Positions 8,216 to 16,120 of a stretch of 24,000 bases of DNA are shown here, in pieces; positions within the stretch are counted from its first letter, which is position 1; each line of letters begins with the position of its first letter. The stretch spans positions 96,921 to 120,920 of the forward strand of contig NZ_JAEMNV010000005.1 in the NCBI RefSeq assembly GCF_016482825.1. Reading direction: 5' to 3'. Source of the stretch: Antrihabitans stalagmiti (GTDB lineage: Bacteria > Actinomycetota > Actinomycetes > Mycobacteriales > Mycobacteriaceae). The notes under the pieces are model-generated. The model saw nothing but the letters and a program-made list of their open reading frames with translations. It was not told where the DNA came from and did not search any database. The translations under genes were made by a program, and so were the position numbers.

Positions 8216-8471
8216 GCAGGCCCTCTTCGAATGCGTCGCGGAAACCGGTCGCGGACCAGTGTGACGAAGGTTACCAATGTTACCGACGCAGAGGGTCGTC
8301 AGCTCTCGGTTGCCGACGGTCACACTTCGACATCGGTACCGTTACAAGGGAGTCCACGAACGCGGCCGTGAGCCACTGAGGTAGACCAAGATGAGAGACA
8401 AGACCGAGAAAGAACTGCGCACGAGGCGCAAAGCGCACTCTGTTGCGAAGCTGGGCGCCACGCGCCCGGTG

Positions 8472-8547
8472 TGGTGGAGCTGCGGGGAATCGAACCCCGG
8501 ACCTCTTCGATGCGAACGAAGCGCGCTACCAACTGCGCTACAGCCCC
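8472..8547 (-). tRNA. tRNA-Ala, anticodon CGC, 76 nt with encoded CCA
   Basis: The reverse complement is GGGGCTGTAGCGCAGTTGGTAGCGCGCTTCGTTCGCATCGAAGAGGTCCGGGGTTCGATTCCCCGCAGCTCCACCA. The cloverleaf was folded by hand. The anticodon loop TTCGCAT gives CGC, and the G3:U70 alanine identity pair is present. Confidence 0.95.
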
Positions 8548-8634
8548 GTGCGGCCCGACTTCGACCGCGCTCGGCAACTTTAGCAGGGGATCGTCCGTGT
8601 TCCGAATTCAGGTCGATTCCCCGCGGCTACCGCG

Positions 8635-9531
8635 CTACTCCCCTGCGGCCCTACGCATCCCGGCCGCTGGTCGGCCTTGCGTCGTCCGATCGATCGCAGC
8701 TTCGTCGAAGTGGTCGAGATGGTCGAAAACCGGGTCCTCGTCGTCGATTTCGACGACAACGGCGCCGGGTCGCCGAAGGCGTGCTGGGACGAGTCGCAGT
8801 TCTTCGTCCTCGCGTGACTCGACTCCGAGGCGCGCCCTGCCGAGCCGTGCCATCCGGCGGCGCCGAATGTCCTCTTCCAGCCTGACCTGCTTGCGTAGGT
8901 AGGTGAGGTACCCGCCGAGGATTACGACGGCAAGACCGCACGCCCACCACATCGTCGTCGAAATAACCACTGCCAGACCGGCTGTCATGATCGCGGTGAG
9001 TATCAGGCCAAGCACGGCGCGCTGGCGGAACGAATATCGTGCCGCGCGGGCGATGGCGTCGGCCTCGGGGTCGAAACCTCCGCGACCCCGCCGATTCGGG
9101 ACGAACTCCCGAGACTCGGCGGCTTCGTCGAATTCGTCACCGTCGTCGGAGCCACCGGAGCCACCGGAGCCACTGCGGCCGGGCGCAGCTGCTGTGCCGG
9201 TGCGACGCCGAGCCCCTGCAACGACGTGATCATCCTGCTCGGTCACATCGGTGTCGGTAGCTTCTTCTTCAGCGTGAGTGTCCATCAGATCCTCCGCGTC
9301 GATGCCTCGTCGATCAGATTTGCCCGGGTTCGCCGGGCGCCAGTTCGGATCGCTGTCATGACCCGAAGCGGGTCCGCGTCCCCTACGTTTCGAGCCGCCA
9401 CGAAATAGCACTCGTGTTGCCAGTGCTGCATCTGTCGTCTGCCGGATGCGTGGATGCCGGTCTGCGAGCATCGGAAACAGAACGAACAGCCACAACACGA
9501 CGAGTCCGATCCACAGAAACGAGTTCGGCAT
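8635..9531 (-). CDS. glpR: Membrane protein homologous to Rv0996; probable GlpR (receptor of the gephyrin-like MoeA, Glp), 298 aa
   Basis: It has an N-terminal TM segment (MPNSFLWIGLVVLWLFVLFPML), an acidic/Gly-Ser disordered centre, two further TM segments, and an Arg-rich/acidic tail. It sits two genes downstream of the MoeA-type gene, as in other Mycobacteriales. I prefer the ATG at 9531 because GGAGG lies 11 nt upstream, whereas the GTG at 9543 abuts the SD. Confidence 0.65.
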   Translation of the reverse strand: MPNSFLWIGLVVLWLFVLFPMLADRHPRIRQTTDAALATRVLFRGGSKRRGRGPASGHDSDPNWRPANPGKSDRRGIDAEDLMDTHAEEEATDTDVTEQDDHVVAGARRRTGTAAAPGRSGSGGSGGSDDGDEFDEAAESREFVPNRRGRGGFDPEADAIARAARYSFRQRAVLGLILTAIMTAGLAVVISTTMWWACGLAVVILGGYLTYLRKQVRLEEDIRRRRMARLGRARLGVESREDEELRLVPARLRRPGAVVVEIDDEDPVFDHLDHFDEAAIDRTTQGRPAAGMRRAAGE

Positions 9532-9681
9532 CGAGTTGAGCACCTCCGTTCGGTCTACCTGCGCGGACCTCGAGTCAGCGACGATGCAAGGCTAATCGCG
9601 CCGCGGACGCGGACTCGGCAGGCTCGCCGTGCGATCTCAACAACTGTCACTTGCGTAACACGGACCTATCGACCAGCTCAG

Positions 9682-10335
9682 CTACCAGCTAGCCTTTCCC
9701 GTCCTGATCAGGCGATCGGCGATGGTGCCGGCGACCTCTTCGACGGTCATCCCGACGAGTAGATGATCTCGCCACGCGCCGTCGACATCGAGGTAGCGCT
9801 TGAGCACACCCTCCTCACGGAAGCCGACGTTCCGCAGAACTGCTTGGCTCGCAAGGTTTTCCGGCCGTACCGTCGCCTCGACCCGATGCAGTCCGACCGC
9901 ACCGAAGCAGTGGTCGAGGCCGAGCGCAAGCGCAGCCGTCGCTACGCCCTGACCTCCGACGTCCTTCGCGACCCAGTAGCCGATCCACGCAGACCGAAGT
10001 GCACCGCGCACGATGTTGCCGATCGTCAGCTGACCGCTGAATTCGCCGTCGACTTCGATGACCAGCGGAATCATGTGCCCCTTGCGTGCCTCGGTCTTGA
10101 GACTCGACCACAGACCCGGCCAGTTGGAGGAGTGATGCCGCGCTTCCCAGACGCCGGATCCCGTCGGTTCCCACGGCTGCAGATGGTCACGATCCTTGAT
10201 CCGGATTCGACTCCACGCCGCGCCGTCACGCAGTTTGATCGGACGCAGCGTGACGACGCCACCCGCAACCCGCAGCGGACCGAGCTCTGTCGGCCACCCG
10301 GGATGATTCGACCAATTGAGCAAGTTCGTTCCCAA
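9682..10335 (-). CDS. rimJ: GNAT N-acetyltransferase, RimJ-like (Rv0995 position), 217 aa
   Basis: GNAT core motifs are present (GQGVATAALALGLDHCF, HRVEATVRPENLASQAVLRNVGFREEG). It occupies the syntenic position between moeA and the Rv0996-like gene. The TTG start is uncertain. Confidence 0.8.
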   Translation of the reverse strand: MGTNLLNWSNHPGWPTELGPLRVAGGVVTLRPIKLRDGAAWSRIRIKDRDHLQPWEPTGSGVWEARHHSSNWPGLWSSLKTEARKGHMIPLVIEVDGEFSGQLTIGNIVRGALRSAWIGYWVAKDVGGQGVATAALALGLDHCFGAVGLHRVEATVRPENLASQAVLRNVGFREEGVLKRYLDVDGAWRDHLLVGMTVEEVAGTIADRLIRTGKASW

Positions 10336-10350
10336 TCTCGGAGCTGCTGC

Positions 10351-11610
10351 TCAGCCGCGCTGCGCGAGAAAAGCAACGTCGACCTCGTCGCCGGTACGGA
10401 CCTCGGTGACGTCCGGATCGATCAACACCAGACAATTCGCTTCGGCAAGCGTAGCGAGCAAGTGCGAGGACGCGCCCGGAGCACCACCGAGTGCCTGCAC
10501 CAAGTATTCGCCGGTCGACTCGTCACGCATCAACTGTGCGCGCAGAAATCCTTTGCGGTTCTTGATCGACGTGATCGGTGCAATCGTTCTCGCCGTGACG
10601 ACGCGTCGCATCGGTTGGCGTCGCCCCAGCGCAATTCGGATCAGGGGCCGAACCATCACTTCGAATACGACGAGCGCGCTCACCGGATTGGCAGGAAGCA
10701 GGAAGGTGGGGACCTCGTCGCGACCGAGTCGCCCGAATCCCTGCACGGAACCGGGGTGCATCGCCACCCGTTCGACTTCGACTTCGCCCAGCTCGGACAA
10801 TGCGTCCCTGACCTGGTCCGACACGCCACCGCCGACAGCACCGGCGATGACGACCAACTCCGACCGGATCAGCTGACCTTCGACGATCTCGCGCAGCCGC
10901 TTCGGGTCCGTACCGACGATTCCGACGCGGTTCACGTCGGCGCCTGCGTCGCGCGCCGCCGCCGCGAGTGCATAGGAGTTGACGTCGTAGACCTGACCGG
11001 GACCCGGCGTGCGATCGATGTCGACCAACTCGCCGCCGACGGAAATAACGGAAAGCCTCGGTCGGGGATGGACGAGTACTTTGTCCCTGCCGACCGCCGC
11101 CAAAAGCCCTACCTGAGCAGCACCGATGATGGTGCCGGACCGCACGGCGACGTCCCCGGGCTGCACATCGTCACCGATTCTGCGCACGAAATCTCCGGAC
11201 CGTACCGGCCGCAGCACTTTGATCCGGGCGCGGCCGCGGTCCGTACTGTCCAAAGGCAATACGGCATCGGCCAAGGTCGGCAACGGTGCACCGGTATCGA
11301 CGCGGACGGCTTGGCGCGGCTGCAGCCGCGTCGGCTGGCGTGATCCTGCAATCACTTCACCGACCACGGGCAACGTGAGCTCGGCAGGTTCGCCTTCGTC
11401 GCCGCGGATATCGGTTCCCGCCGTCATCACGTCGACACTGCGGACGGCGTAGCCGTCGATCGCCGCCTGATCGAACCCGGGCAGCGGACGCTCGGTGACC
11501 ACCTCCTCGGCACACAACAATCCTTGTGCCTCCGAGATCGCGACTCGGACCGGACGCGGTGCCACAGCGGCAGCGGTCACCCGAGTCTGCTGGTCTTCGA
11601 CCGAGCGCAT
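10351..11610 (-). CDS. glp: MoeA-family molybdopterin molybdenumtransferase / gephyrin-like protein Glp, 419 aa
   Basis: Taken from ORF 10351..11727. The ATG at 11610 is preceded by GAGGAAGGGAG; earlier codons overlap the galU 3' region. MoeA hallmarks are present (PGFDQAAIDGYAV, MHPGSVQGFG, LPANPVSALV). Confidence 0.85.
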   Translation of the reverse strand: MRSVEDQQTRVTAAAVAPRPVRVAISEAQGLLCAEEVVTERPLPGFDQAAIDGYAVRSVDVMTAGTDIRGDEGEPAELTLPVVGEVIAGSRQPTRLQPRQAVRVDTGAPLPTLADAVLPLDSTDRGRARIKVLRPVRSGDFVRRIGDDVQPGDVAVRSGTIIGAAQVGLLAAVGRDKVLVHPRPRLSVISVGGELVDIDRTPGPGQVYDVNSYALAAAARDAGADVNRVGIVGTDPKRLREIVEGQLIRSELVVIAGAVGGGVSDQVRDALSELGEVEVERVAMHPGSVQGFGRLGRDEVPTFLLPANPVSALVVFEVMVRPLIRIALGRRQPMRRVVTARTIAPITSIKNRKGFLRAQLMRDESTGEYLVQALGGAPGASSHLLATLAEANCLVLIDPDVTEVRTGDEVDVAFLAQRG

Positions 11611-11689
11611 AGCTCCCTTCCTCACAAAATGTCGTCGCCTCGATGATGGGGACGAGCGGCGGAGGCCGCTCGGGTAAGTGTGTTGCGAC

Positions 11690-12631
11690 CTATTCGTACG
11701 TGGTGAGCTGCGGAGCCCAGCTGTCACCGAGCCGTTCGGTCAGCCATTCCCGCAGCGATGGGCCGTATTCGTCACTGTCCAAGGCAAAGTCAACCGCAGC
11801 ACGGAGGTAGCCTCCGGGATTTCCGAGGTCGTGTCTCGACCCTCGATGGACTACGACGTGCACGGGATGGCCTTCGGAGATGAGGAGCGCGATCGCATCC
11901 GTCAGTTGCAGCTCCCCGCCCGAGCCAGGTTCGATGCGTCGGATCGCGTCGAAGATCGCCCGATCGAGCAGATAACGTCCGGCTGCGGCAAAAGTCGAAG
12001 GCGCGTCTTCGACGGCCGGCTTCTCGACCATGGAGAGCACCTTGAGCACGTTCGGGTTGACCGCGTCGGGGACCTCTTCGACCTCGAAGACGCCATACGC
12101 CGACACCTGATCCTTCGGAACGTCGATCGCACAGAGCACCGAACCGCCACGCTTGCGCCTGACGCGCGACATCACGTCGAGTACGCCACGCGGCAGCACG
12201 AGGTCGTCCGGCAGTAGTACTGCAATGGCCGTTTCGTCGTCGTCGAGTACTCGTTCGGCCTGCAGCACCGCATGCCCCAAGCCGAGCGGCTCCTCCTGCA
12301 CGACGGAATCCACCTCGAGCAGACCCGGGGCCTTACGAACCTTCTCGAGCAATTTGAACTTGCCTTTTGCCTCGAGTTTGCTTTCGAGCACGAGGTCTTC
12401 GACGAAATGCGCCACCACGCCGTCTTTGCCTGGCGAGGTCACGATCACCAGACGCTCGGCTCCCGAGTCGGCTGCTTCACCCGCGACCAACTCGATACCA
12501 GGTGTGTCGACTACGGGCAGGAGTTCTTTCGGCACCGTCTTGGTCGCTGGGAGGAAGCGAGTCCCCATGCCTGCTGCGGGTACCACTGCTGTCCGAAAGC
12601 ATGGCGAAAGGTTTGCTCCGGCCTCTGTCAT
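11690..12631 (-). CDS. galU: UTP--glucose-1-phosphate uridylyltransferase, 313 aa
   Basis: The N-terminal nucleotide-binding motif is present (AVVPAAGMGTRFLPATKTVPKELLPVVD), along with VEKP and the LQLTDAI motif. Confidence 0.92.
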   Translation of the reverse strand: MTEAGANLSPCFRTAVVPAAGMGTRFLPATKTVPKELLPVVDTPGIELVAGEAADSGAERLVIVTSPGKDGVVAHFVEDLVLESKLEAKGKFKLLEKVRKAPGLLEVDSVVQEEPLGLGHAVLQAERVLDDDETAIAVLLPDDLVLPRGVLDVMSRVRRKRGGSVLCAIDVPKDQVSAYGVFEVEEVPDAVNPNVLKVLSMVEKPAVEDAPSTFAAAGRYLLDRAIFDAIRRIEPGSGGELQLTDAIALLISEGHPVHVVVHRGSRHDLGNPGGYLRAAVDFALDSDEYGPSLREWLTERLGDSWAPQLTTYE

Positions 12632-12681
12632 ACCAACACCCTATCTACTCGACCTCGCGCGGTACTGCCAGCAAGGAGCCT

Positions 12682-13326
12682 ATGGTGATCCGGGTGAACT
12701 CGTCGGGAGATCAGGGTGCCGGTCCCGACGATGGGGCCGGAGTTGCTCCGTCGTCCAAGGCGCAATGGCGCAAGAAGGTGATGCGGACCAGGGCTGATAC
12801 CGACCCGGCCACACGAAGTGACGAAGCGAACGAGATCGCCCGCCATGTCGGCGAACTCGCAGAAGCAGGCGCGACTGTGTGCGCCTATGTCCCGTTCGGT
12901 TCCGAGCCCGGCTCGATCGGCTTTCTCGACGCGCTGCGCGAGGGTGGCGCCCGTGTGCTCCTGCCGGTCACACTCGAACCGGGGCCCCTGCACTGGGGCG
13001 AGTACTCCGGCGGCGGTTCGCTGATACCGGCACGCTACGGAATGCGCGAGCCGCGAGGAAACCCACTCCCGCCGGCTGCGATCGCGACCGCCGACATCGT
13101 CATCGTTCCTGCTCTTGCTGTCGATCGGCGCGGCGTACGGCTGGGCCGTGGGGCCGGGTTCTACGACCGCACACTCGGTCTCGCCAGGGCGAATGCACGA
13201 TTGGTTGCCATCGTGCGCGACGACGAGTTGGTCGAGCGACTGCCCGAAGAGCCGCACGACAAACGTATGCACGCTGTGATTGCGCCGGGATCGGGGCTGG
13301 TCCAGCTCGCGTGGGACCTCGGGTGA
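12682..13326 (+). CDS. 5-formyltetrahydrofolate cyclo-ligase, 214 aa
   Basis: Taken from ORF 12367..13326. The ATG at 12682 follows AAGGAG; upstream codons are antisense to galU. Family motifs are present (VLLPV, GMREP, IVPALAVDRRGVRLGRGAGFYDR). It is divergent from galU, as Rv0992c is from Rv0993. Confidence 0.85.
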   Translation: MVIRVNSSGDQGAGPDDGAGVAPSSKAQWRKKVMRTRADTDPATRSDEANEIARHVGELAEAGATVCAYVPFGSEPGSIGFLDALREGGARVLLPVTLEPGPLHWGEYSGGGSLIPARYGMREPRGNPLPPAAIATADIVIVPALAVDRRGVRLGRGAGFYDRTLGLARANARLVAIVRDDELVERLPEEPHDKRMHAVIAPGSGLVQLAWDLG

Positions 13327-13363
13327 ACGCACCGGGTGAGGAATATCTCGACGAATAGCATCG

Positions 13364-13390
13364 TTGGCACTGTCGCAGGTAGAGTGCTAA
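13364..13390 (+). promoter_or_regulatory. CIRCE element (HrcA operator)
   Basis: The sequence is TTGGCACTG-N9-GAGTGCTAA, against the consensus TTAGCACTC-N9-GAGTGCTAA. The right arm is perfect, the left arm matches 7 of 9, and the spacer is exactly 9 nt. It lies 35 nt upstream of the start of the zinc-ribbon gene. Confidence 0.85.
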
Positions 13391-13424
13391 TACTTGCGGT
13401 GAGCAAACCCTTGCGGAGGAACCA

Positions 13425-13754
13425 GTGCCAACGTATTCGTATGCGTGTACAGAGTGCGACAACCGATTCGACATCGTTCAGTCGTTTTCGGACGACACCT
13501 TGACGGTGTGCCCGGAGTGCTCGGGCAAGCTGCGCAAGTTGTTCAACTCTGTCGGCATCGTGTTCAAGGGCAGTGGCTTCTACCGTACGGACAGCCGCAG
13601 TGGTGGTTCGACATCGGTCGAGCCGGCAGGCGAGAAGAAGTCCGACGCAGCCCCCGCGAAGACCGATTCCGCGAAGTCCGCGACACCGAAATCGGATTCT
13701 TCCAAGTCCGACAAATCCAAGTCGTCGACCCCCGCACAGGCCGTGGCCAGCTGA
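13425..13754 (+). CDS. ruc: FmdB-family zinc-ribbon protein with a disordered Ser/Lys-rich tail (Rv0991c/Ruc-like), 109 aa
   Basis: The N-terminus is MPTYSYACTECDNRFDIVQSFSDDTLTVCPECSG (CxxC...CxxC), followed by KGSGFYRTD and then a low-complexity tail. The GTG start lies 4 nt after GGAGGA. Confidence 0.85.
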   Translation: MPTYSYACTECDNRFDIVQSFSDDTLTVCPECSGKLRKLFNSVGIVFKGSGFYRTDSRSGGSTSVEPAGEKKSDAAPAKTDSAKSATPKSDSSKSDKSKSSTPAQAVAS

Positions 13755-13760
13755 TTCACC

Positions 13761-13789
13761 ACTTATCCACAACCGAATACTTATCCACA
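13761..13789 (+). repeat. Two perfect 11-bp direct repeats, ACTTATCCACA, separated by 7 bp
   Basis: Copies lie at 13761..13771 and 13779..13789. Each contains TTATCCACA. They sit between the ruc-like stop codon (13752..13754) and the terminator hairpin. Confidence 0.9.
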
Positions 13790-13791
13790 GA

Positions 13792-13820
13792 GCGGCCCGG
13801 AGACGGGCCGCTTCGTGTTT
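13792..13820 (+). terminator. Probable intrinsic terminator downstream of the ruc-like gene
   Basis: GCGGCCCG-gaga-CGGGCCGC forms a perfect 8-bp GC stem with a tetraloop, followed by TTCGTGTTTG. Confidence 0.6.
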
Positions 13821-13841
13821 GCGTGCCCATATCCTCCGCGT

Positions 13842-14516
13842 ATGGAACGACGCGCTCGTGAACGCTCACTCGCACCGGCACTGACTGCTCGCCTCGGTGA
13901 CCTGACTCGTCCGAACTGGCTCCGAACCACCCTTGCCCGACGTATCGCGGCTGCAATGCTTGTCGTCCTGGCTGTCGGTCTCTACCTGCGGGGCGATCCG
14001 AGCACCGAGCGTATTCCGGTGGTCGTGGCGACGTCCGATCTCACGCCAGGCGCCGTCCTCACCACCGACAACGTCCGAACGGTCGACGTCGAATCCAGGG
14101 CGATCCCCGACGGTGCGGTTCGACACACGGCCGACATCGTCGGCCGCACCCTTGCGGGCGCCGTTCGCAACGGTGCGATGCTCACCGACCTCTCCGTACT
14201 CGGACCACGACTCGCCGCCGCATCGTCGGGTAGTCCGGATTCTCGTGTAGTACCCGTCCGCCTCGCCGACCCAGCGGTAACCGAATTGTTGCGGGAGGGC
14301 GACCGGGTGGACGTCGTCACGGCGAGCGAGGACGGGCCGTCGGCCGTTCGGGCTGCACGCATGCTTGCTTCCAACGCCGCTGTCGTCCTGGTGTCGTCCG
14401 CGGGCACCGGCCATGGAAGGGGCGATCGAGTTGTCCTACTGGCACTTTCGACGGCCGAGGCCGGCGCGGTCGCAGCGGCGTCGCTGTCTAGTGCACTCAC
14501 CGTCGTGCTGCACTGA
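13842..14516 (+). CDS. SAF-domain / CpaB-RcpC-like membrane-anchored protein, 224 aa
   Basis: It has an N-terminal TM segment (RRIAAAMLVVLAVGLYL) followed by a SAF-like segment (VVVATSDLTPGAVLTTDNV). The start is either ATG 13842 or GTG 13815, and the latter lies within the terminator tail. It belongs to the conserved neighbourhood with mscL and the FmdB gene. Confidence 0.7.
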   Translation: MERRARERSLAPALTARLGDLTRPNWLRTTLARRIAAAMLVVLAVGLYLRGDPSTERIPVVVATSDLTPGAVLTTDNVRTVDVESRAIPDGAVRHTADIVGRTLAGAVRNGAMLTDLSVLGPRLAAASSGSPDSRVVPVRLADPAVTELLREGDRVDVVTASEDGPSAVRAARMLASNAAVVLVSSAGTGHGRGDRVVLLALSTAEAGAVAAASLSSALTVVLH

Positions 14517-14636
14517 CCTTCGTTTCGTTGCCGTCTCGAGGTTCGTAAGGAGCACACGTACAGCAAGTGTCGATTAATATTCCCGTGAGTTACACGTGCG
14601 CTGCCGAACGTCAGTCAACAGATCGGGGAAACGACA

Positions 14637-15065
14637 ATGCTCAAGGGATTCAAAGAGTTCATTCTCAAAGGAAACGTGATCGACCTGGCAGTCGCCGTGG
14701 TCATGGGTACGGCATTCACGGCCATCGTCACAGCCTTCACGAACAGCATCATCAATCCGCTGATCGCCCGCCTCGGTGGCGGTGGCACCATCGGCCTCGG
14801 CTTTCAGCTCGGTACCGAAGGTAACGAGAAGACGTTCGTCAACCTCGGCACCGTCATCACCGCAGGCATCAACTTCCTCATCGTTGCAGCGGTGCTCTAC
14901 TTCATCCTCGTCCTTCCGGTCACGAAGCTGAAGGATCGCAAGAAGGCCGAAGGTGACGACGCCGAGGGTCTCACCGACTCCGAGGTACTCGTCCAGATTC
15001 GCGACATCCTCGCCGGTGGCGCGAACACACCGGCAGGTTCGCCGGAGGGCAAGCACGGCCTCTGA
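14637..15065 (+). CDS. mscL: Large-conductance mechanosensitive channel, 142 aa
   Basis: MLKGFKEFILKGNVIDLAVAVVMGTAFTAIV is the canonical MscL N-terminus. It has two TM segments and a charged C-terminal helix. Confidence 0.95.
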   Translation: MLKGFKEFILKGNVIDLAVAVVMGTAFTAIVTAFTNSIINPLIARLGGGGTIGLGFQLGTEGNEKTFVNLGTVITAGINFLIVAAVLYFILVLPVTKLKDRKKAEGDDAEGLTDSEVLVQIRDILAGGANTPAGSPEGKHGL

Positions 15066-15084
15066 TTCGCCGGGTACCTACAGG

Positions 15085-15119
15085 GGCCTACCGCCGACTC
15101 GGCGGTAGGCCCTTTTTGC
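15085..15119 (+). terminator. Rho-independent terminator of mscL
   Basis: GGGCCTACCGCCG-act-CGGCGGTAGGCCC forms a 13-bp perfect stem, immediately followed by TTTTTG. It lies 20 nt after the stop codon. Confidence 0.9.
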
Positions 15120-15277
15120 TCGATTAGCAGAATTTTGTCGGAATTACTGCGCTGCCACGCGAACGAGTGCGGTTCGTTTTGAAGTACGCGGGTAAATAAG
15201 GGAGAATTGCGCCTACGCGAACGGCACTGTGCGCAGACTTCTCCGTGCCGTCTCCAAAAGGAAAGAACGGCTGCCAT

Positions 15278-16000
15278 ATGAATAAATCTTCGGCAAAGAA
15301 GACCGGCCGAATCGGCGTATTGCTTGCGGTGGCGGTGGGCACAGCAATGTCGACCGCTCAGCCTGCTACAGCCGGTCCGGGCGAACCGTCGGTGATGGTG
15401 CAGACGGTTGGACGCGAGATCATCGTCTCGGTGAGCCGCGGATTCGCAGCGGGCGGAGTTCCCGATCCGAACTGCACCCCAACCGTTCGCGAGGCCAGCT
15501 TCGGTGGCGCACCACAATTCGATTGGTCACCGCCGACCGTGTCGGAAGCAGTCGCCAGCGGCGCGACACCCAACGCGACCAACAGGAGCACTGTCACGGT
15601 TCCGCGTGACGGCACCTACGCAGTCGGTGCCGTGTGCCGCGACCCGTGGGGCCAGTTCTTCGCGCCTGCCATCGCTGTTCAGGTCGGTAACCCGGCGCCG
15701 GTCGGACCTGGCATCGAAACGACGCTGTGGTCGCAGCCGATCCCGATACCCACCCAGATCACCCGCGCGATTTCCATCACCGTGCACAACTCGGGATCCG
15801 GTGGACCGTGTGGGGCAGCGGTCAAGCAGGTAGCCGGCCTAGGTAACTTCGAGTTCCAGTCGAGCACGCCGGAGCAGTTCGCGGATCCTGGCACTTCGCG
15901 CACGATGTCGGCGATCCAGCCGGGTCCGGGAACCTACGCGGTCGTCGGCATGTGCGGTTCGACCCCGTCCTACCCGCCGGTGTTTCTCTTCGTTCCCTGA
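15278..16000 (+). CDS. Secreted protein of unknown function with two related Cys-pair domains, 240 aa
   Basis: A signal peptide is present (MNKSSAKKTGRIGVLLAVAVGTAMSTAQPATA). The mature part has two similar halves (VPRDGTYAVGAVCRD and QPGPGTYAVVGMCGS), each with two Cys. I prefer the ATG at 15278 to the GTG at 15245. Confidence 0.75.
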   Translation: MNKSSAKKTGRIGVLLAVAVGTAMSTAQPATAGPGEPSVMVQTVGREIIVSVSRGFAAGGVPDPNCTPTVREASFGGAPQFDWSPPTVSEAVASGATPNATNRSTVTVPRDGTYAVGAVCRDPWGQFFAPAIAVQVGNPAPVGPGIETTLWSQPIPIPTQITRAISITVHNSGSGGPCGAAVKQVAGLGNFEFQSSTPEQFADPGTSRTMSAIQPGPGTYAVVGMCGSTPSYPPVFLFVP

Positions 16001-16019
16001 TTTCACCGGATCCAAATAG

Positions 16020-16059
16020 CCGCAGAGCCCCCATCCACGGATGGGGGCTCTGCGGTTTT
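16020..16059 (+). terminator. Rho-independent terminator of the secreted-protein gene
   Basis: CCGCAGAGCCCCCA-tccacgga-TGGGGGCTCTGCGG forms a 14-bp perfect stem, followed by TTTTA. Confidence 0.85.
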
Positions 16060-16120
16060 ATTGTCTTTACTGCCGTGTTTACACCGGATTCCGTAGGGAA
16101 TCCCACTCGTTATTTGCCTA

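Noticed and set aside
8608-8632. Inverted partial copy of the tRNA T-arm (TCGATTCCCCGC, then GGCTACC), 60-85 nt from tRNA-Ala, as a possible att remnant or pseudo-tRNA
   Set aside because: Only about 12 nt are identical, and the orientation is inverted relative to the tRNA. It is on the side away from the AT-rich segment, and no cloverleaf can be folded.
8320-8885. Track ORFs overlapping the tRNA gene and the glpR 3' end (8320..8577, 8391..8885, 8471..8902)
   Set aside because: They overlap a confidently folded tRNA or are antisense to glpR, and their composition is nonsense-like.
9763-11343. 526-aa plus-strand ORF
   Set aside because: It is antisense to the rimJ-like and moeA-type genes, which have clear family motifs. 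Its composition is Arg/Asp-rich and nonsense-like.
13761-13789. The DnaA-box pair as a replication origin
   Set aside because: There are only two boxes. No dnaA, dnaN or AT-rich unwinding element is nearby, and the locus is a conserved housekeeping neighbourhood. It is retained as a regulatory or titration-site hypothesis only.
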